DNA of 64,000 nt, from assembly GCA_041738805.1 (NCBI GenBank), contig JBGSPC010000069.1, positions 19,610-83,609 on the forward strand, written 5' to 3'. This document shows positions 29,305 through 39,468 of this stretch, one piece after another (within the stretch, counting starts at the first letter, position 1; each line of letters opens with the position of its first letter). A model generated the notes under the pieces. The model was given only the letters and a program-made list of their open reading frames with translations, searched no databases and was not told where the DNA came from. The stretch is from Terrimicrobiaceae bacterium. Its GTDB lineage: Bacteria > Verrucomicrobiota > Verrucomicrobiia > Chthoniobacterales > Terrimicrobiaceae. The translations under genes were made by a program, and so were the position numbers.

Positions 29305-30348
29305 ATGAAATTCCTGACCTTTTCGCTCCTGGCCGTGACAGCCGCCTTCATCGGGCTCTCCATGGCAGGGCAACCCAAAACCACCATCCAACCCAACGTG
29401 CCAAACTCTGAACTCACTGTCCGATTTCTAAATCCTGATGGAACGCTGACCGAGCCAATGGCGGTTCCGCATGTCGTCAAAACCGAGGAGCAGTGGAAAG
29501 CGCAGCTCACGCCCGAACAATTCCGGGTTGCCCGCACCGAAGGAACGGAACGAGCCTTTTGTGGAGTTTTCCACGACAACCACAAGGATGGTGTCTATTC
29601 CTGCGTGGGGTGCGGGCTGCCGCTTTTCCGGTCGGATACCAAGTTTGAATCCGGCACAGGTTGGCCCAGCTTCTTCCAGCCCATCGCGTCGGAAAACATC
29701 GGGATTCAAAAGGACGTCAGCTTCGGCATGGTCCGCGAGGAGGTTCACTGTGCCCGTTGCGAGACACATTTGGGTCATGTCTTCAATGATGGACCCCGCC
29801 CCACCGGCCTGCGGTATTGCATGAACTCCGCATCCATGACTTTTCATGAGAAGGATATCAAACCCGCCACAGAAACGGCGGTGTTTGGGGCCGGATGCTT
29901 CTGGGGCGTGGAAGAAGCTTTTGGCAAATTGAAGGGAGTGACAGCAACAGCGGTCGGATATGCGGGTGGAACCACCAAAAACCCGACCTATGAACAGGTG
30001 TGTGCTCATACGACCGGCCACGCCGAGGTTGTGAAGGTTGACTATGACCCTTCCGTCATTTCCTACACCGAACTCCTGAATACCCTCTTCGCGATCCACA
30101 ACCCGACCACGCTGAATCGTCAGGGCCCGGACGTTGGAGATAATTATCGCTCCGCCATTTATTTCGCGTCTCCCGAGCAGGAGACCGCCGCACGCAAAAC
30201 CATTGCGGCTCTCGAAAAAGAAGGCAAATTCAATGGGCGTCCCATCGTGACCGAAGTGGCTCTCGCCGGTCCGTTTTATCGCGCCGAGGAATATCATCAA
30301 CAGTATGCCCAAAAGCATGGCGGTGGCTTTTGCCACTCCCAGCCTTGA
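29305..30348 (+). CDS. msrAB: Secreted bifunctional peptide-methionine sulfoxide reductase MsrB-MsrA fusion
   Basis: Signal peptide (MKFLTFSLLAVTAAFIGLSMA). MsrB domain with the Zn-Cys pairs and catalytic motif (CVGCGLPLF...CARCETHLGHVFNDGP...RYCMNS). MsrA domain with the GCFWG active site and EYHQQY. Confidence 0.9.
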   Translation: MKFLTFSLLAVTAAFIGLSMAGQPKTTIQPNVPNSELTVRFLNPDGTLTEPMAVPHVVKTEEQWKAQLTPEQFRVARTEGTERAFCGVFHDNHKDGVYSCVGCGLPLFRSDTKFESGTGWPSFFQPIASENIGIQKDVSFGMVREEVHCARCETHLGHVFNDGPRPTGLRYCMNSASMTFHEKDIKPATETAVFGAGCFWGVEEAFGKLKGVTATAVGYAGGTTKNPTYEQVCAHTTGHAEVVKVDYDPSVISYTELLNTLFAIHNPTTLNRQGPDVGDNYRSAIYFASPEQETAARKTIAALEKEGKFNGRPIVTEVALAGPFYRAEEYHQQYAQKHGGGFCHSQP

Positions 30349-30647
30349 TGTTCAGAGTTGGACTGCGAACGCAGGGAATAATCCTCTTCAAAAACGACAG
30401 GGGTCTTATGATAAACTTCGAGGATCTCCCTTAGCCCGTTTGATGATTGCTCCGCCTCTTCGCTGAGGGAAGCAGAGTGGTTGATCGGCAGATCATGGAT
30501 GACTTTTCCCTTGCTATTTATTCTTGACTTTGCTACAAAGCATTGTCTTGCAAAAAAGAAGTCATAAACCAGCGCAATTGTCTTTCATGTTCACCAGTTG
30601 GCTAATGGTCAGCATCTGTCATTCTGGAATCCGGGCAATTTGAGCAT

Positions 30648-31166
30648 ATGATCCAGCCGTCCATTCCTGAACCCTTCTCGCCAACCCATGTGATGCTGAC
30701 GTGGTTCAAAGATAAGCAAATGTCTTATGATTACTGCGAAGACAACAATATCATAACCTCCGGCATTGAGCTGAGTCATCTGGAGGTCCGCATTTTTTGT
30801 GGCACGACTCCCGAAGAATCACCGTTTCTGATCATCCGGTATCCCATGAGAGCCCCCGAATCCGTTCGGCCGTCCGTGGGAGAGTTTCTCATGCGCCTCA
30901 ATTTTGCGGCCAAGCGAAGCCTTTGTGAGCTGGATTTTAATGACGGAGAAATACGCTTTCGGATGGTGAGCGATTTGACCGGGAGTGCTTTCTCGCAGGA
31001 TCATTTTGCTGTCATGATGGGACAAATGCTTCTCTTTGCGGATATGGCCTATCCCTGTCTTGCAAGCGTCATGACCCGTGCTATGAAGCCGGACTTTGCG
31101 GCGGATCAGGCCTTGGCTGCCATTGATAAGGCGTTTCAGAATCTCTGTGGCGGCGAAGAGGATTGA
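30648..31166 (+). CDS. YbjN-like (putative sensory transduction regulator fold) protein
   Basis: A 172-aa acidic protein whose pattern (LSHLEVRIFCGTTPEESPFLIIRYPM...GEIRFRMVSDL) resembles the YbjN family. The similarity is weak. Confidence 0.35.
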   Translation: MIQPSIPEPFSPTHVMLTWFKDKQMSYDYCEDNNIITSGIELSHLEVRIFCGTTPEESPFLIIRYPMRAPESVRPSVGEFLMRLNFAAKRSLCELDFNDGEIRFRMVSDLTGSAFSQDHFAVMMGQMLLFADMAYPCLASVMTRAMKPDFAADQALAAIDKAFQNLCGGEED

Positions 31167-31247
31167 TTCACCGGGCGGTAGGAAAATATGCCCCTTAGAA
31201 CATAAGGATCCGCTGCTTAGGCGTGTCAATCACCCCATGGACTCTTA

Positions 31248-31751
31248 ATGATAGCAAAACTTATTAATCTCTCGCCATGGCCGGATCAAATGCTGAAACG
31301 TGCGGTGCGATCAGCCTGGCGGGATGGAACCTCAAGGGCCCTTATCTATGTGAGTGACCGGTGGTTTGATCACGGGCGACACATGGCTGGAGAAAATGAG
31401 CTGCCCGTGGATCACAACATCGGTTGGGATGGTGTTTGTTATTACGAGGAAAAGGTTCTTTATGTTTTTCTGAGTCGCAGCCTTGAGTTTCCCATGGTTT
31501 GGTGGGTCAACACCGGCTTCCCGGAAAGCTATCAACGCGGCATGGTCTTTTATTCACCCACCGAATATTTTATCTACTGCCTGGCCCATGAACTGTCCCA
31601 CATCTGGCAACATGACAACAAACGCCGGAAACGCCTCGGAACCGGGTTTGCATCATCGGATGATGAAATGGACGCCGATCTCTTTGCGATTCTGAAGCTC
31701 AACGAATACCGGCGTAAAACCGGCTTCAGGGACTATCAGGAAGCCCTCTGA
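31248..31751 (+). CDS. Hypothetical protein with HExxH zinc-metallopeptidase-like motif
   Basis: CLAHELSHIWQHD contains HELSH. No further family was recognised. Confidence 0.35.
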   Translation: MIAKLINLSPWPDQMLKRAVRSAWRDGTSRALIYVSDRWFDHGRHMAGENELPVDHNIGWDGVCYYEEKVLYVFLSRSLEFPMVWWVNTGFPESYQRGMVFYSPTEYFIYCLAHELSHIWQHDNKRRKRLGTGFASSDDEMDADLFAILKLNEYRRKTGFRDYQEAL

Positions 31752-31978
31752 GAAGCAGAACCGGCCAGCTGGCGCAATTGCGAAGTGCTCCTTGGATTAT
31801 TGCCACGCTGTGATTCCCTTTCATTTCACGGATTTCCTTGCCATGGGGGTGTTCAAAATATGAGAGTTGCTTAACGCTGGTTCCGGAGGTGTGAATCCAC
31901 GGTGTCACAGGGGGCCGTTTTGCCCTTGCGAAGCTGCGGCCGATGACTCCCGGTCAGGCATAACCCACTCTTATCCCG

Positions 31979-34153
31979 ATGAGTTTTCTACAAGCCACCA
32001 TTCTCGGTCTTGCGATTTTTATCGTACTTGCCGCATTGTTTCTCCTGACCCTCTGCGTGAGGAAAATCCAGCCCGGCCGCGCCGGTGTCAAAACCGGGTT
32101 CGGCGGGCTTCAGGTCGCCTTCGATTGGATGGTGCGAATTCCACTTCTTCAGACCTATCATATTGTGGATATCTCGGTGAAAAAGCTGGAGATTACGCGC
32201 AAGGGCAAGGACGGGTTGGTCTGCCGGGACAACATCCGTGCGGACATCACGGTTGCGTTTTACATTCGTGTGGATGCCACGGTGGACAGCGTTCGCAAGG
32301 TGACGCAGATGCTCACGCCTGAGCGGGTTTCCGACATCGAACAACTTCGCGAGCTTTTTGAAGCCAAGTTTTCAGAGGCCCTCAAAACAGCTGGCAAACA
32401 AATGGATTTCCATGAGCTTTTTACCGAACGCCTGCGGTTCCGGGATGAAATTCAGGAGACCATTGGCAAGGACCTGGATGGGTTTCTTTTGCAGGACGTG
32501 GCCATCGATTATCTTGAGCAGGCCCCGCTGGATCAACATGACCCCAACAACGTGCTCGACTCAGAGGGTATCAAAAAAATCACGGAGATCACCCAGCGCG
32601 AGCGGGTGCTGGCCAACGAATTTTCGCAGCGCGCCCAGGTTCACGTGGAAAAAGAAAATGCCGATGCCGCGATTGCAAAGCGCGAGCAACAACGTCGCGA
32701 TGAGGAGGACATGGCCAAGCAGCATCGTGCGATCCTCGAAGTCAAAACCAACGAGGAAGCCGAAGCTCAAAAAGTCATTGAAATCCGCCGTCAGGATGTT
32801 GAGGCCAAACGCCTGGAGGCTGAAGAGGCCATTCGCTTGCGGACCGAGGACATGAACCGTGCGGTTCAGGAACGTCAGTTCACGGTCACCAAAGAAAAAC
32901 AACGCCTTGAGCAGGAATCCCTGCAGGAGGGCGAAGAGGCCAAGGTCCGCCGCGAGCGTTTGGTGGCTCTGGCCGAGATGGACAAACAGGTCAAAGTCGC
33001 AGATGCGGCCGTGGAGGTTGAACGCAAGCGGGCCATCGTCGTCACTGAACAAAAGGCCGTGGTCGAACAGGAGGAGGAGAAACGCAATATCGAGGCCCGA
33101 ATGACTGCCGAACGAACCCGCGAGGTGATTCTTATTGAAGCGGACATGAACGCCAAGAAGGAACAAGTCGTCAAGGTTGTTGCTGCGGAAGCTCAGAAGG
33201 AAGCGGAACGGAATATTGCCGAAGGCGAAAAAATCAAACTCATCACCGCTGCCGAAGCGGGTCGCGATGCCTCGCTGCGCGATGCCGAGCGTATTCAGAC
33301 GCTCGCTGATGCCGAGTCCAAGGCATCAGAGAAGCGGCGTCACGCCATGGAGCAGGAAGCCGAGGGCCTTGCCGCCAAACAAGCGGCTCCGGGCCTTGCC
33401 GAAGCGAAGGTCCTGACCGCTAAGGCCACCGCCCGCAAGGATCAGGCCGAAGCCGAAAAATTCGCCGGTCTTGCCGAGGCTGAAGTTTTCAGCGCCAAGG
33501 GAGCAGCCGAAGCGGCTGTTACCGAAAGCCAGGCCCAAGCTGATGCGGAGGGCATCAAGGACAAGGAACTTGCTGCGGCATCCGGCATTGAGGCCCGTGG
33601 ATTGGCCGAAGCCAAGAGCATCGAAGAAAAGGCAAAAGCCATGAAGCTCCTGCACGAAGCCGGACAACACCATGAAGAGTTCCGTCTCCGTCTTGCAAAA
33701 GATCGGGACATTGAACTGGCGGCCATCGAGGTCCAGAAATCCATTGCAGCATCTCACTCGGCACTGGTGGGAGAGGCTCTCAAAAGCGCCAAAATCGATA
33801 TCGTGGGCGGCGAGAACGACTTCTTCGAAAAAGTCGTCCGGGCCGTTGGTTCGGGCAAGGCCGTGGACCGCTATGTCGAAAACAGCCGCACCCTCACCGA
33901 TGTCAAAAATGCGTTTCTTGGGGGTGATTCTGAAAAACTCAAAGGTCAGCTCCGTCAGTGGATCAAAGATTTCGGTGTGACCAGCGAGGACCTTAAAAAC
34001 CTGAGTGTCGCCGCACTGATTGGGCGGATGCTTGCCACCACAGGAGACTCCAGTTTGAAGGGTCTGCTTGAATCCGCAAAGGCCCTGGCCACTGACAGCG
34101 GGTTGGCTGATCATCCGGCTGCCTCTCTGTTTTCCAAATCCCCCAAGGCGTGA
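31979..34153 (+). CDS. Flotillin-like SPFH/band-7 protein (YqiK/FloT-type) with long EA-rich coiled coil
   Basis: N-terminal TM helix (ILGLAIFIVLAALFLLTL). The SPFH domain is recognisable (VKTGFGGLQVAFDWMVRIPLLQTYHIVDISVKKLEI...ADITVAFYIRVD). It is followed by about 350 aa of Glu/Ala/Lys/Arg-rich heptad coiled coil typical of flotillins. Confidence 0.85.
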   Translation: MSFLQATILGLAIFIVLAALFLLTLCVRKIQPGRAGVKTGFGGLQVAFDWMVRIPLLQTYHIVDISVKKLEITRKGKDGLVCRDNIRADITVAFYIRVDATVDSVRKVTQMLTPERVSDIEQLRELFEAKFSEALKTAGKQMDFHELFTERLRFRDEIQETIGKDLDGFLLQDVAIDYLEQAPLDQHDPNNVLDSEGIKKITEITQRERVLANEFSQRAQVHVEKENADAAIAKREQQRRDEEDMAKQHRAILEVKTNEEAEAQKVIEIRRQDVEAKRLEAEEAIRLRTEDMNRAVQERQFTVTKEKQRLEQESLQEGEEAKVRRERLVALAEMDKQVKVADAAVEVERKRAIVVTEQKAVVEQEEEKRNIEARMTAERTREVILIEADMNAKKEQVVKVVAAEAQKEAERNIAEGEKIKLITAAEAGRDASLRDAERIQTLADAESKASEKRRHAMEQEAEGLAAKQAAPGLAEAKVLTAKATARKDQAEAEKFAGLAEAEVFSAKGAAEAAVTESQAQADAEGIKDKELAAASGIEARGLAEAKSIEEKAKAMKLLHEAGQHHEEFRLRLAKDRDIELAAIEVQKSIAASHSALVGEALKSAKIDIVGGENDFFEKVVRAVGSGKAVDRYVENSRTLTDVKNAFLGGDSEKLKGQLRQWIKDFGVTSEDLKNLSVAALIGRMLATTGDSSLKGLLESAKALATDSGLADHPAASLFSKSPKA

Positions 34154-34198
34154 TTCCCATTCCGGGAGGCTGACTCGCGCCTCCCGATTCGAAATCTC

Positions 34199-37100
34199 AT
34201 GGCGGACAAAGAAACAAAACCCGAAAAGGCTGAAGCAGCAGCTCCCGGGCCGTTGGGCAGTGCGACTTATGAGATCCTCCGTCAGCGTCTCGCCACGCAA
34301 ACGGGAATTCTCCGTGAGCGGATGGGATTGCTGGATGCCCGGCGTCAGGAGGTATTTGGATCCGTCGAATCGAAGCTGCTGCGAGCCGACCGGGTCAACA
34401 CGGCTCACAATTGCATCCCGAAAGACATGGTCCAACTGGGCGACGGGAGATTTCTTTTTGGGTTTAACATCCGGTTCGGACTCAAAAAAGTTACCGGGCT
34501 GGGAGACGTTTTTGGCATCTATGTGCGGGACGCGGAATCTTTCCGCGAGGATGCGCTGACACCACTCGAGCAGAAGGCTTTTCTCTCGGATTTTCAGCGA
34601 ATCCACACGGTTTACGAAAAAACGACGTTCTCCAAGTTTTCCCTGATTGAAGGCCATCTGTATATGGTGTTTCAAACCGGCTCGAGCGCCAGCGATATTG
34701 CCGTTTTTAAATGGGCCGTGGATGGCGGAACGCTGCGTTATGTGGATGGGCGCGCCGAGGCCGAATACCGCCGGGTGGGATTTCCTCCCCAACACAACTT
34801 TCGTTGGAGCACACCGGACCGGGAGTCTTATCGTTATGGCGATTTCCCGCACATCTCCATCGAGGAACGCGTTTTTGTGGAGTGCGTCGGTGGCACTCTG
34901 ACCGTTAAAATCGAGGACAACACCAAACGAGGCGAGGGCATCTATGCCGAGCCCGTCGATGACAAACGTCAGAAGGTCGATGATGCCGACATTTCGTATG
35001 CGATCCTCGGTCATTTGATCCTGCTGAAAATCCGGCCCTACAAAGAGCAGGCTTTCCGGTATTTGATTTTCAACGAAAAAACGCAGGCGGTTATTCGTGT
35101 CGATTCCATTGGCCAGTCCTGTGCGGCCCTTCCCGAAGATCACGGGATCATTTTTCCTGATGGGTATTATCTCGGAACAGGCGAACTGAAACTTTTTGGT
35201 TCACGTGCCGAAGACCACACGCTGGAACGGATTCTTCATGCGCCCAATGGAGAGGATTCGCTTTATGTGTTTTATTCTCTGACGACAGGCGAATACGTGC
35301 TGCTCCCCTACCGGCTGATCGCGCAGAAGGTCGAGGAGAGGATCACGTGTCATGGATTTTCACTTTTCCCGAATGGGCATTTGGTGCTTTTCCGTGCGGA
35401 CAACGAACCGCAGAAGCATCACATGATCCAACTGCGGCAGACCCCGTTTTATCAACCGGGGTTCGAGCCGGAAGGAAAACAGGAAGCCTTTCTTTATCAG
35501 GTGGGCAACCGGGAGGTCGTGCGTTGCCTTGCGGAGTGCAATGAGATCCTGACCCTTGCCGGAAAGGACAATCCTTATGCTCAGCTCTATACGGATTTGG
35601 TGGCCCGCTGCACCGGTATTTTGGATGGATACCCGTGGTTGTCGAATGAAGAGGGATTCGGGGTCGATGCGGCACTGAAGGATCTGCGGGAGGCTTCCAA
35701 TCGGGCCGTGGATGAGTTCGACAAAGTCCTCCGGCTTCAGCGGGCTGCCGTCGCGCAGGTTGAAGAGATTCAGAAACGCACCACCATGCGCTTTCAAGAC
35801 ATCCGGCGGGCCAGCTTCAAATCTCTCGATGATTTTGTGCGGAATCTCGCCGCTCTGCGTTCGCTCACCGGCGAACTGATCAGCCTCCGCGAGGTGCGGT
35901 ATATTCACATCCCGGCACTTGAGGAACTTGGCAAACAGGTTGCTGAGGAAAGTGGTCGGCTCTCCGAAGCCTGCGTGACCTACCTGCTGAAACCCGAAGC
36001 CTTGGAGCCTTACCGTGTCGCGGCTTCTGATCAACTGGCAGCGGCCGAAGGTGTGACGAAGGTCGCTGACGCCAAAACGATTGAGGCGGGAGTCACTCAA
36101 ACCAGCGCGGACCTCGAGATGCTCATCGAGATTGTCAACAGCCTCAAAATCGGGGATGCAACCGAGACCACCCGCATCATTGATGGGATCACGGCTGTCT
36201 ACACCACGCTGAATCAGGTTCGTGGGGCTCTCAAAAACCGGCTTCACACGTTGGTTGCCGCGGAGGGCGCAGCCCAGTTCTCCGCGCAGATGAAACTGCT
36301 GGGCCAGTCAGCGGCCAGTTATCTTGATCTCTGCGATACCCCCGCCAAGTGCGAGGAATACCTCAACCGCATGAGCGTCCAGATCGAAGAGATGGAAGGG
36401 GCCTTTGCGGACTTCGACGAGTACATCGTCCAGATCTCTGATCGCCGCACGGAACTCTACGAAGCGTTTGAGCAGCGGAAAGTCGCTATCATCGAAGCGC
36501 GCAACAAACGCGCTTCGGCCCTAATGACCGCCGCTGACCGCATCTTAAAGGTTGTGGGAAACAGGCTCGCGGGCTTTAAGACGGTGGAGGAAATCCACAC
36601 GTATCTGGCCTCGGATATGATGATCAGCAAGGTGCGGGAAACGGCCGCGCAGTTGCTGGAGCTTGGTGACTCGGTGAAGTCCGACGATCTCACCACCCGC
36701 CTCAAAAGCCTTGGCCAGGAAGCTGTCCGTCAGCTCAAAGACCGCCAGGAGCTTTTCAAATCCGGACCGGGAGTGATCCAGCTCGGACGTCATGCTTTTA
36801 ACGTCAACACCCAACCCTTGGATATCACCATGGTCCATCGGGACGGTGAGCAGTTTGTTCATCTGACAGGAACCCGCTACTTTGACCCCATCACATCCCC
36901 GGAGTTTTTGGCAACGCGCGAGGCATGGGATCAGGAATTTGTTTCTGAAAATCCTGACGTCTATCGAGCCGAAACATTGGCGAGTCATTTGCTGAGATCC
37001 CTCGAAGCTCAGCCCAAACGTCCACTTTCCGGGATAGCCGCCATGCCGGAGGCCGGACGTCTAACCCTGGTTCAAGAGTTTATGGCGGGGCGCTATGAGG

Positions 37101-39400
37101 AGGGATACATCCGCGGAATCCATGATTTGGATGGAGCACAAATTTTTGATGCCCTGCTAAACGCCCACGTGGGATTGGAATTGGCCCGATACCGTCCGCA
37201 CTCGCGGGCCATGGCCGTCGTTTATTGGCTGAAGTTTTGTGATCCTGAAATCCGGTCGGTGTGGGAAGCCCGACTGAAAGGGTTTGCAGAGAGGAACCGG
37301 ATCTTTCCGGGGGATCCCACCCAGAGGGATTATATCGATGGACTGCGCGGGCTTCTGGAAGAGTTTGCGAAGACCACAAAAATGGCCCCGCCCGATCTGG
37401 CCGCTGAGGCTGCAGAATATCTGTTTCTCGAAATCACTGGCGGCGAAACCTATGTCTGCGCACGTGAGGCCGATGAGCTCGTTTCGGCGTTCCGTCAGCA
37501 CCTTGTGACCAAAGGTGGGGAAGACGCATTTCGTTCAGCCATGGAAAGCCTCACCGCTCATCCACTCAATCAATTCGAACTCACGCGGGATTGGCTGCGG
37601 GGTTTTCTGATCGAGAACAGAACCTCGGCGGCATATTTGGACGAGGCGGCGGCTGTGATTTTCTGTGGTGATTCCATGAACCGCAAGGTTGTCACGGCAG
37701 CCACGCGCAAAGAGTTGGAGGGCTTTAAGGGCACGCATCCCCATATCAAATCAGGGGAGTACACTTTCGATTATCTCGACCTCCGCACACGCCTGGATCT
37801 TTTCGAGCAAACCGTGGTCCCCCGATTCCGTGATTACCACTCCCGGAAACAATCTCTCATTGAAAAGGAGCGTGCCGCGCTCCGGCTTAAGGAATTTGTT
37901 CCGAAGGTCCTCACTTCCTTTGTGCGAAACCAGCTTATCGATCATGTTTACCTGCCTTTGGTGGGAGACAACCTTGCCAAACAAATTGGCACCGCAGGCG
38001 ATTCCAAACGCACCGACCGCAGTGGCCTTCTCCTGCTGGTCTCGCCCCCGGGCTACGGAAAAACCACCCTGCTCGAATACCTTGCCAGCCGTTTGGGCAT
38101 CGTGTTCGTCAAGATCAACGGTCCCGCCATTGGCTTCACAACAACATCTTTGGATCCTGAGGAAGCCCCGAATGCCGCCGCCCGCGAAGAGATTCAAAAA
38201 CTCAATCTCGCCCTTGAGATGGGGGACAATGTCATGATCTGTGTGGACGATATTCAGCATTGTCATGCTGAATTTCTTCAAAAGTTTATTTCCCTCTGCG
38301 ATGCCCAACGCAAAATCGAAGGGGTCTGGCGTGGACGTTCCCAGACCTACGACCTTCGCGGTCGCAAAGTGGTGGTTGTCATGGCCGGCAATCCCTACAC
38401 CGAAACCGGCCAAAAATTCCGGCTCCCGGACATGCTCGCAAACCGCGCGGATACCTACAACCTGGGCGATATCATCGGTGGCAATGATGCGTGGTTTAAA
38501 GCCAGCTACATCGAAAACGCCGTCACCTCCAATCCGGTCCTCGCCCCGCTCGCCAACCGCAGCCAAAAGGACATCCGCACGTTTTTAAAAATGGCAGAAA
38601 CAGGAGAGCGCGACACGTCAGCCTTTGAGGCCAGCTATTCGGCACAGGAAGTGGAAGAAGTCCTCTCCGTTCTCAAAAAACTGATTGCTGTTCGTGAGGT
38701 GATTCTCGCGGTGAATCAGGAATACATCCGCTCAGCCGCGCAGGCCGACGAGTTCCGGACCGAGCCTCCGTTCAAACTCCAGGGCTCCTACCGAAACATG
38801 AACCGCCTCGCTGAAAAAATTGTGGCCATCATGAATGATCAGGAGGTGCAGGCCCTTATCCTTGATCATTACCGCAACGAGAGCCAAACCCTGACGACCG
38901 ACACAGAGGCCAATCTCCTCAAACTCCGCGAACTCCTTAAAATTCTGACGCCCGAAGAAACCGCGCGCTGGGAGGACATCAAACGCACCTTCCAACGAAA
39001 CCAGCTCACGCACAGTCATGGAGACAGCGATCCGGTGGGGCGTGTGGTCGGTCAGCTCTCAGCGTTTGGAGAAGGGCTCACTTCGATTCAGCGTACCTTG
39101 GCCGCTGGCATGGAAGCCGCCAAAGAATCCCGCACGGCTGATTCCACAGAACGAATGCGCAGTGTTATTCACGAACTCGAGATGGTCCATGCCACCATGG
39201 CCTCTCTCCGTGATATGGCTCTCCAGCAGCGCGATTATCTCCAGGGTGCCCGGGAACAACTCGCCATCCGTGCCAAGCAAGGGGTCATTGAATTCGAACT
39301 CACTGACGAAATGCTCAACAACGAAAAAGAATTCCTCGACCGCTTCCAGGAAATGCTTGCGGAGCGTGACGCAAAGCCTGAGAAGCCAGCGGCAGAGTAG
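34199..39400 (+). CDS. Giant (1733 aa) uncharacterised protein with C-terminal AAA_5 (MoxR/McrB/dynein-like) ATPase module; begins 45 nt after the flotillin gene
   Basis: Walker A is LLLVSPPGYGKTTLLEYLA (around nt 38030). Walker B/DExx is NVMICVDDIQHCH, and the sensor/beta-sheet region is VVVVMAGNPYTE (around nt 38380). The N-terminal roughly 1250 aa and C-terminal roughly 300 aa have no recognisable family. The protein is continuous with no frameshift, and nothing on the opposite strand is convincing. Confidence 0.7.
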   Translation: MADKETKPEKAEAAAPGPLGSATYEILRQRLATQTGILRERMGLLDARRQEVFGSVESKLLRADRVNTAHNCIPKDMVQLGDGRFLFGFNIRFGLKKVTGLGDVFGIYVRDAESFREDALTPLEQKAFLSDFQRIHTVYEKTTFSKFSLIEGHLYMVFQTGSSASDIAVFKWAVDGGTLRYVDGRAEAEYRRVGFPPQHNFRWSTPDRESYRYGDFPHISIEERVFVECVGGTLTVKIEDNTKRGEGIYAEPVDDKRQKVDDADISYAILGHLILLKIRPYKEQAFRYLIFNEKTQAVIRVDSIGQSCAALPEDHGIIFPDGYYLGTGELKLFGSRAEDHTLERILHAPNGEDSLYVFYSLTTGEYVLLPYRLIAQKVEERITCHGFSLFPNGHLVLFRADNEPQKHHMIQLRQTPFYQPGFEPEGKQEAFLYQVGNREVVRCLAECNEILTLAGKDNPYAQLYTDLVARCTGILDGYPWLSNEEGFGVDAALKDLREASNRAVDEFDKVLRLQRAAVAQVEEIQKRTTMRFQDIRRASFKSLDDFVRNLAALRSLTGELISLREVRYIHIPALEELGKQVAEESGRLSEACVTYLLKPEALEPYRVAASDQLAAAEGVTKVADAKTIEAGVTQTSADLEMLIEIVNSLKIGDATETTRIIDGITAVYTTLNQVRGALKNRLHTLVAAEGAAQFSAQMKLLGQSAASYLDLCDTPAKCEEYLNRMSVQIEEMEGAFADFDEYIVQISDRRTELYEAFEQRKVAIIEARNKRASALMTAADRILKVVGNRLAGFKTVEEIHTYLASDMMISKVRETAAQLLELGDSVKSDDLTTRLKSLGQEAVRQLKDRQELFKSGPGVIQLGRHAFNVNTQPLDITMVHRDGEQFVHLTGTRYFDPITSPEFLATREAWDQEFVSENPDVYRAETLASHLLRSLEAQPKRPLSGIAAMPEAGRLTLVQEFMAGRYEEGYIRGIHDLDGAQIFDALLNAHVGLELARYRPHSRAMAVVYWLKFCDPEIRSVWEARLKGFAERNRIFPGDPTQRDYIDGLRGLLEEFAKTTKMAPPDLAAEAAEYLFLEITGGETYVCAREADELVSAFRQHLVTKGGEDAFRSAMESLTAHPLNQFELTRDWLRGFLIENRTSAAYLDEAAAVIFCGDSMNRKVVTAATRKELEGFKGTHPHIKSGEYTFDYLDLRTRLDLFEQTVVPRFRDYHSRKQSLIEKERAALRLKEFVPKVLTSFVRNQLIDHVYLPLVGDNLAKQIGTAGDSKRTDRSGLLLLVSPPGYGKTTLLEYLASRLGIVFVKINGPAIGFTTTSLDPEEAPNAAAREEIQKLNLALEMGDNVMICVDDIQHCHAEFLQKFISLCDAQRKIEGVWRGRSQTYDLRGRKVVVVMAGNPYTETGQKFRLPDMLANRADTYNLGDIIGGNDAWFKASYIENAVTSNPVLAPLANRSQKDIRTFLKMAETGERDTSAFEASYSAQEVEEVLSVLKKLIAVREVILAVNQEYIRSAAQADEFRTEPPFKLQGSYRNMNRLAEKIVAIMNDQEVQALILDHYRNESQTLTTDTEANLLKLRELLKILTPEETARWEDIKRTFQRNQLTHSHGDSDPVGRVVGQLSAFGEGLTSIQRTLAAGMEAAKESRTADSTERMRSVIHELEMVHATMASLRDMALQQRDYLQGAREQLAIRAKQGVIEFELTDEMLNNEKEFLDRFQEMLAERDAKPEKPAAE

Positions 39401-39468
39401 CTCTCATTTCCGCTTTGTAACGATCCGTGCGTATGGAGAATCCATGGCAGCTTGGAACAGAGAATGGT

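Noticed and set aside
32600-33700. Repetitive GAA/GCC-rich DNA in the flotillin gene
   Set aside because: This is heptad-repeat coiled-coil coding sequence (E/A/K/R-rich). It is not a tandem DNA repeat array or CRISPR.
33326-35143. 605-aa minus-strand ORF spanning the flotillin/giant-protein junction
   Set aside because: It is antisense to two strongly supported plus-strand genes. Coiled-coil coding regions are codon-repetitive and commonly leave the opposite strand open.
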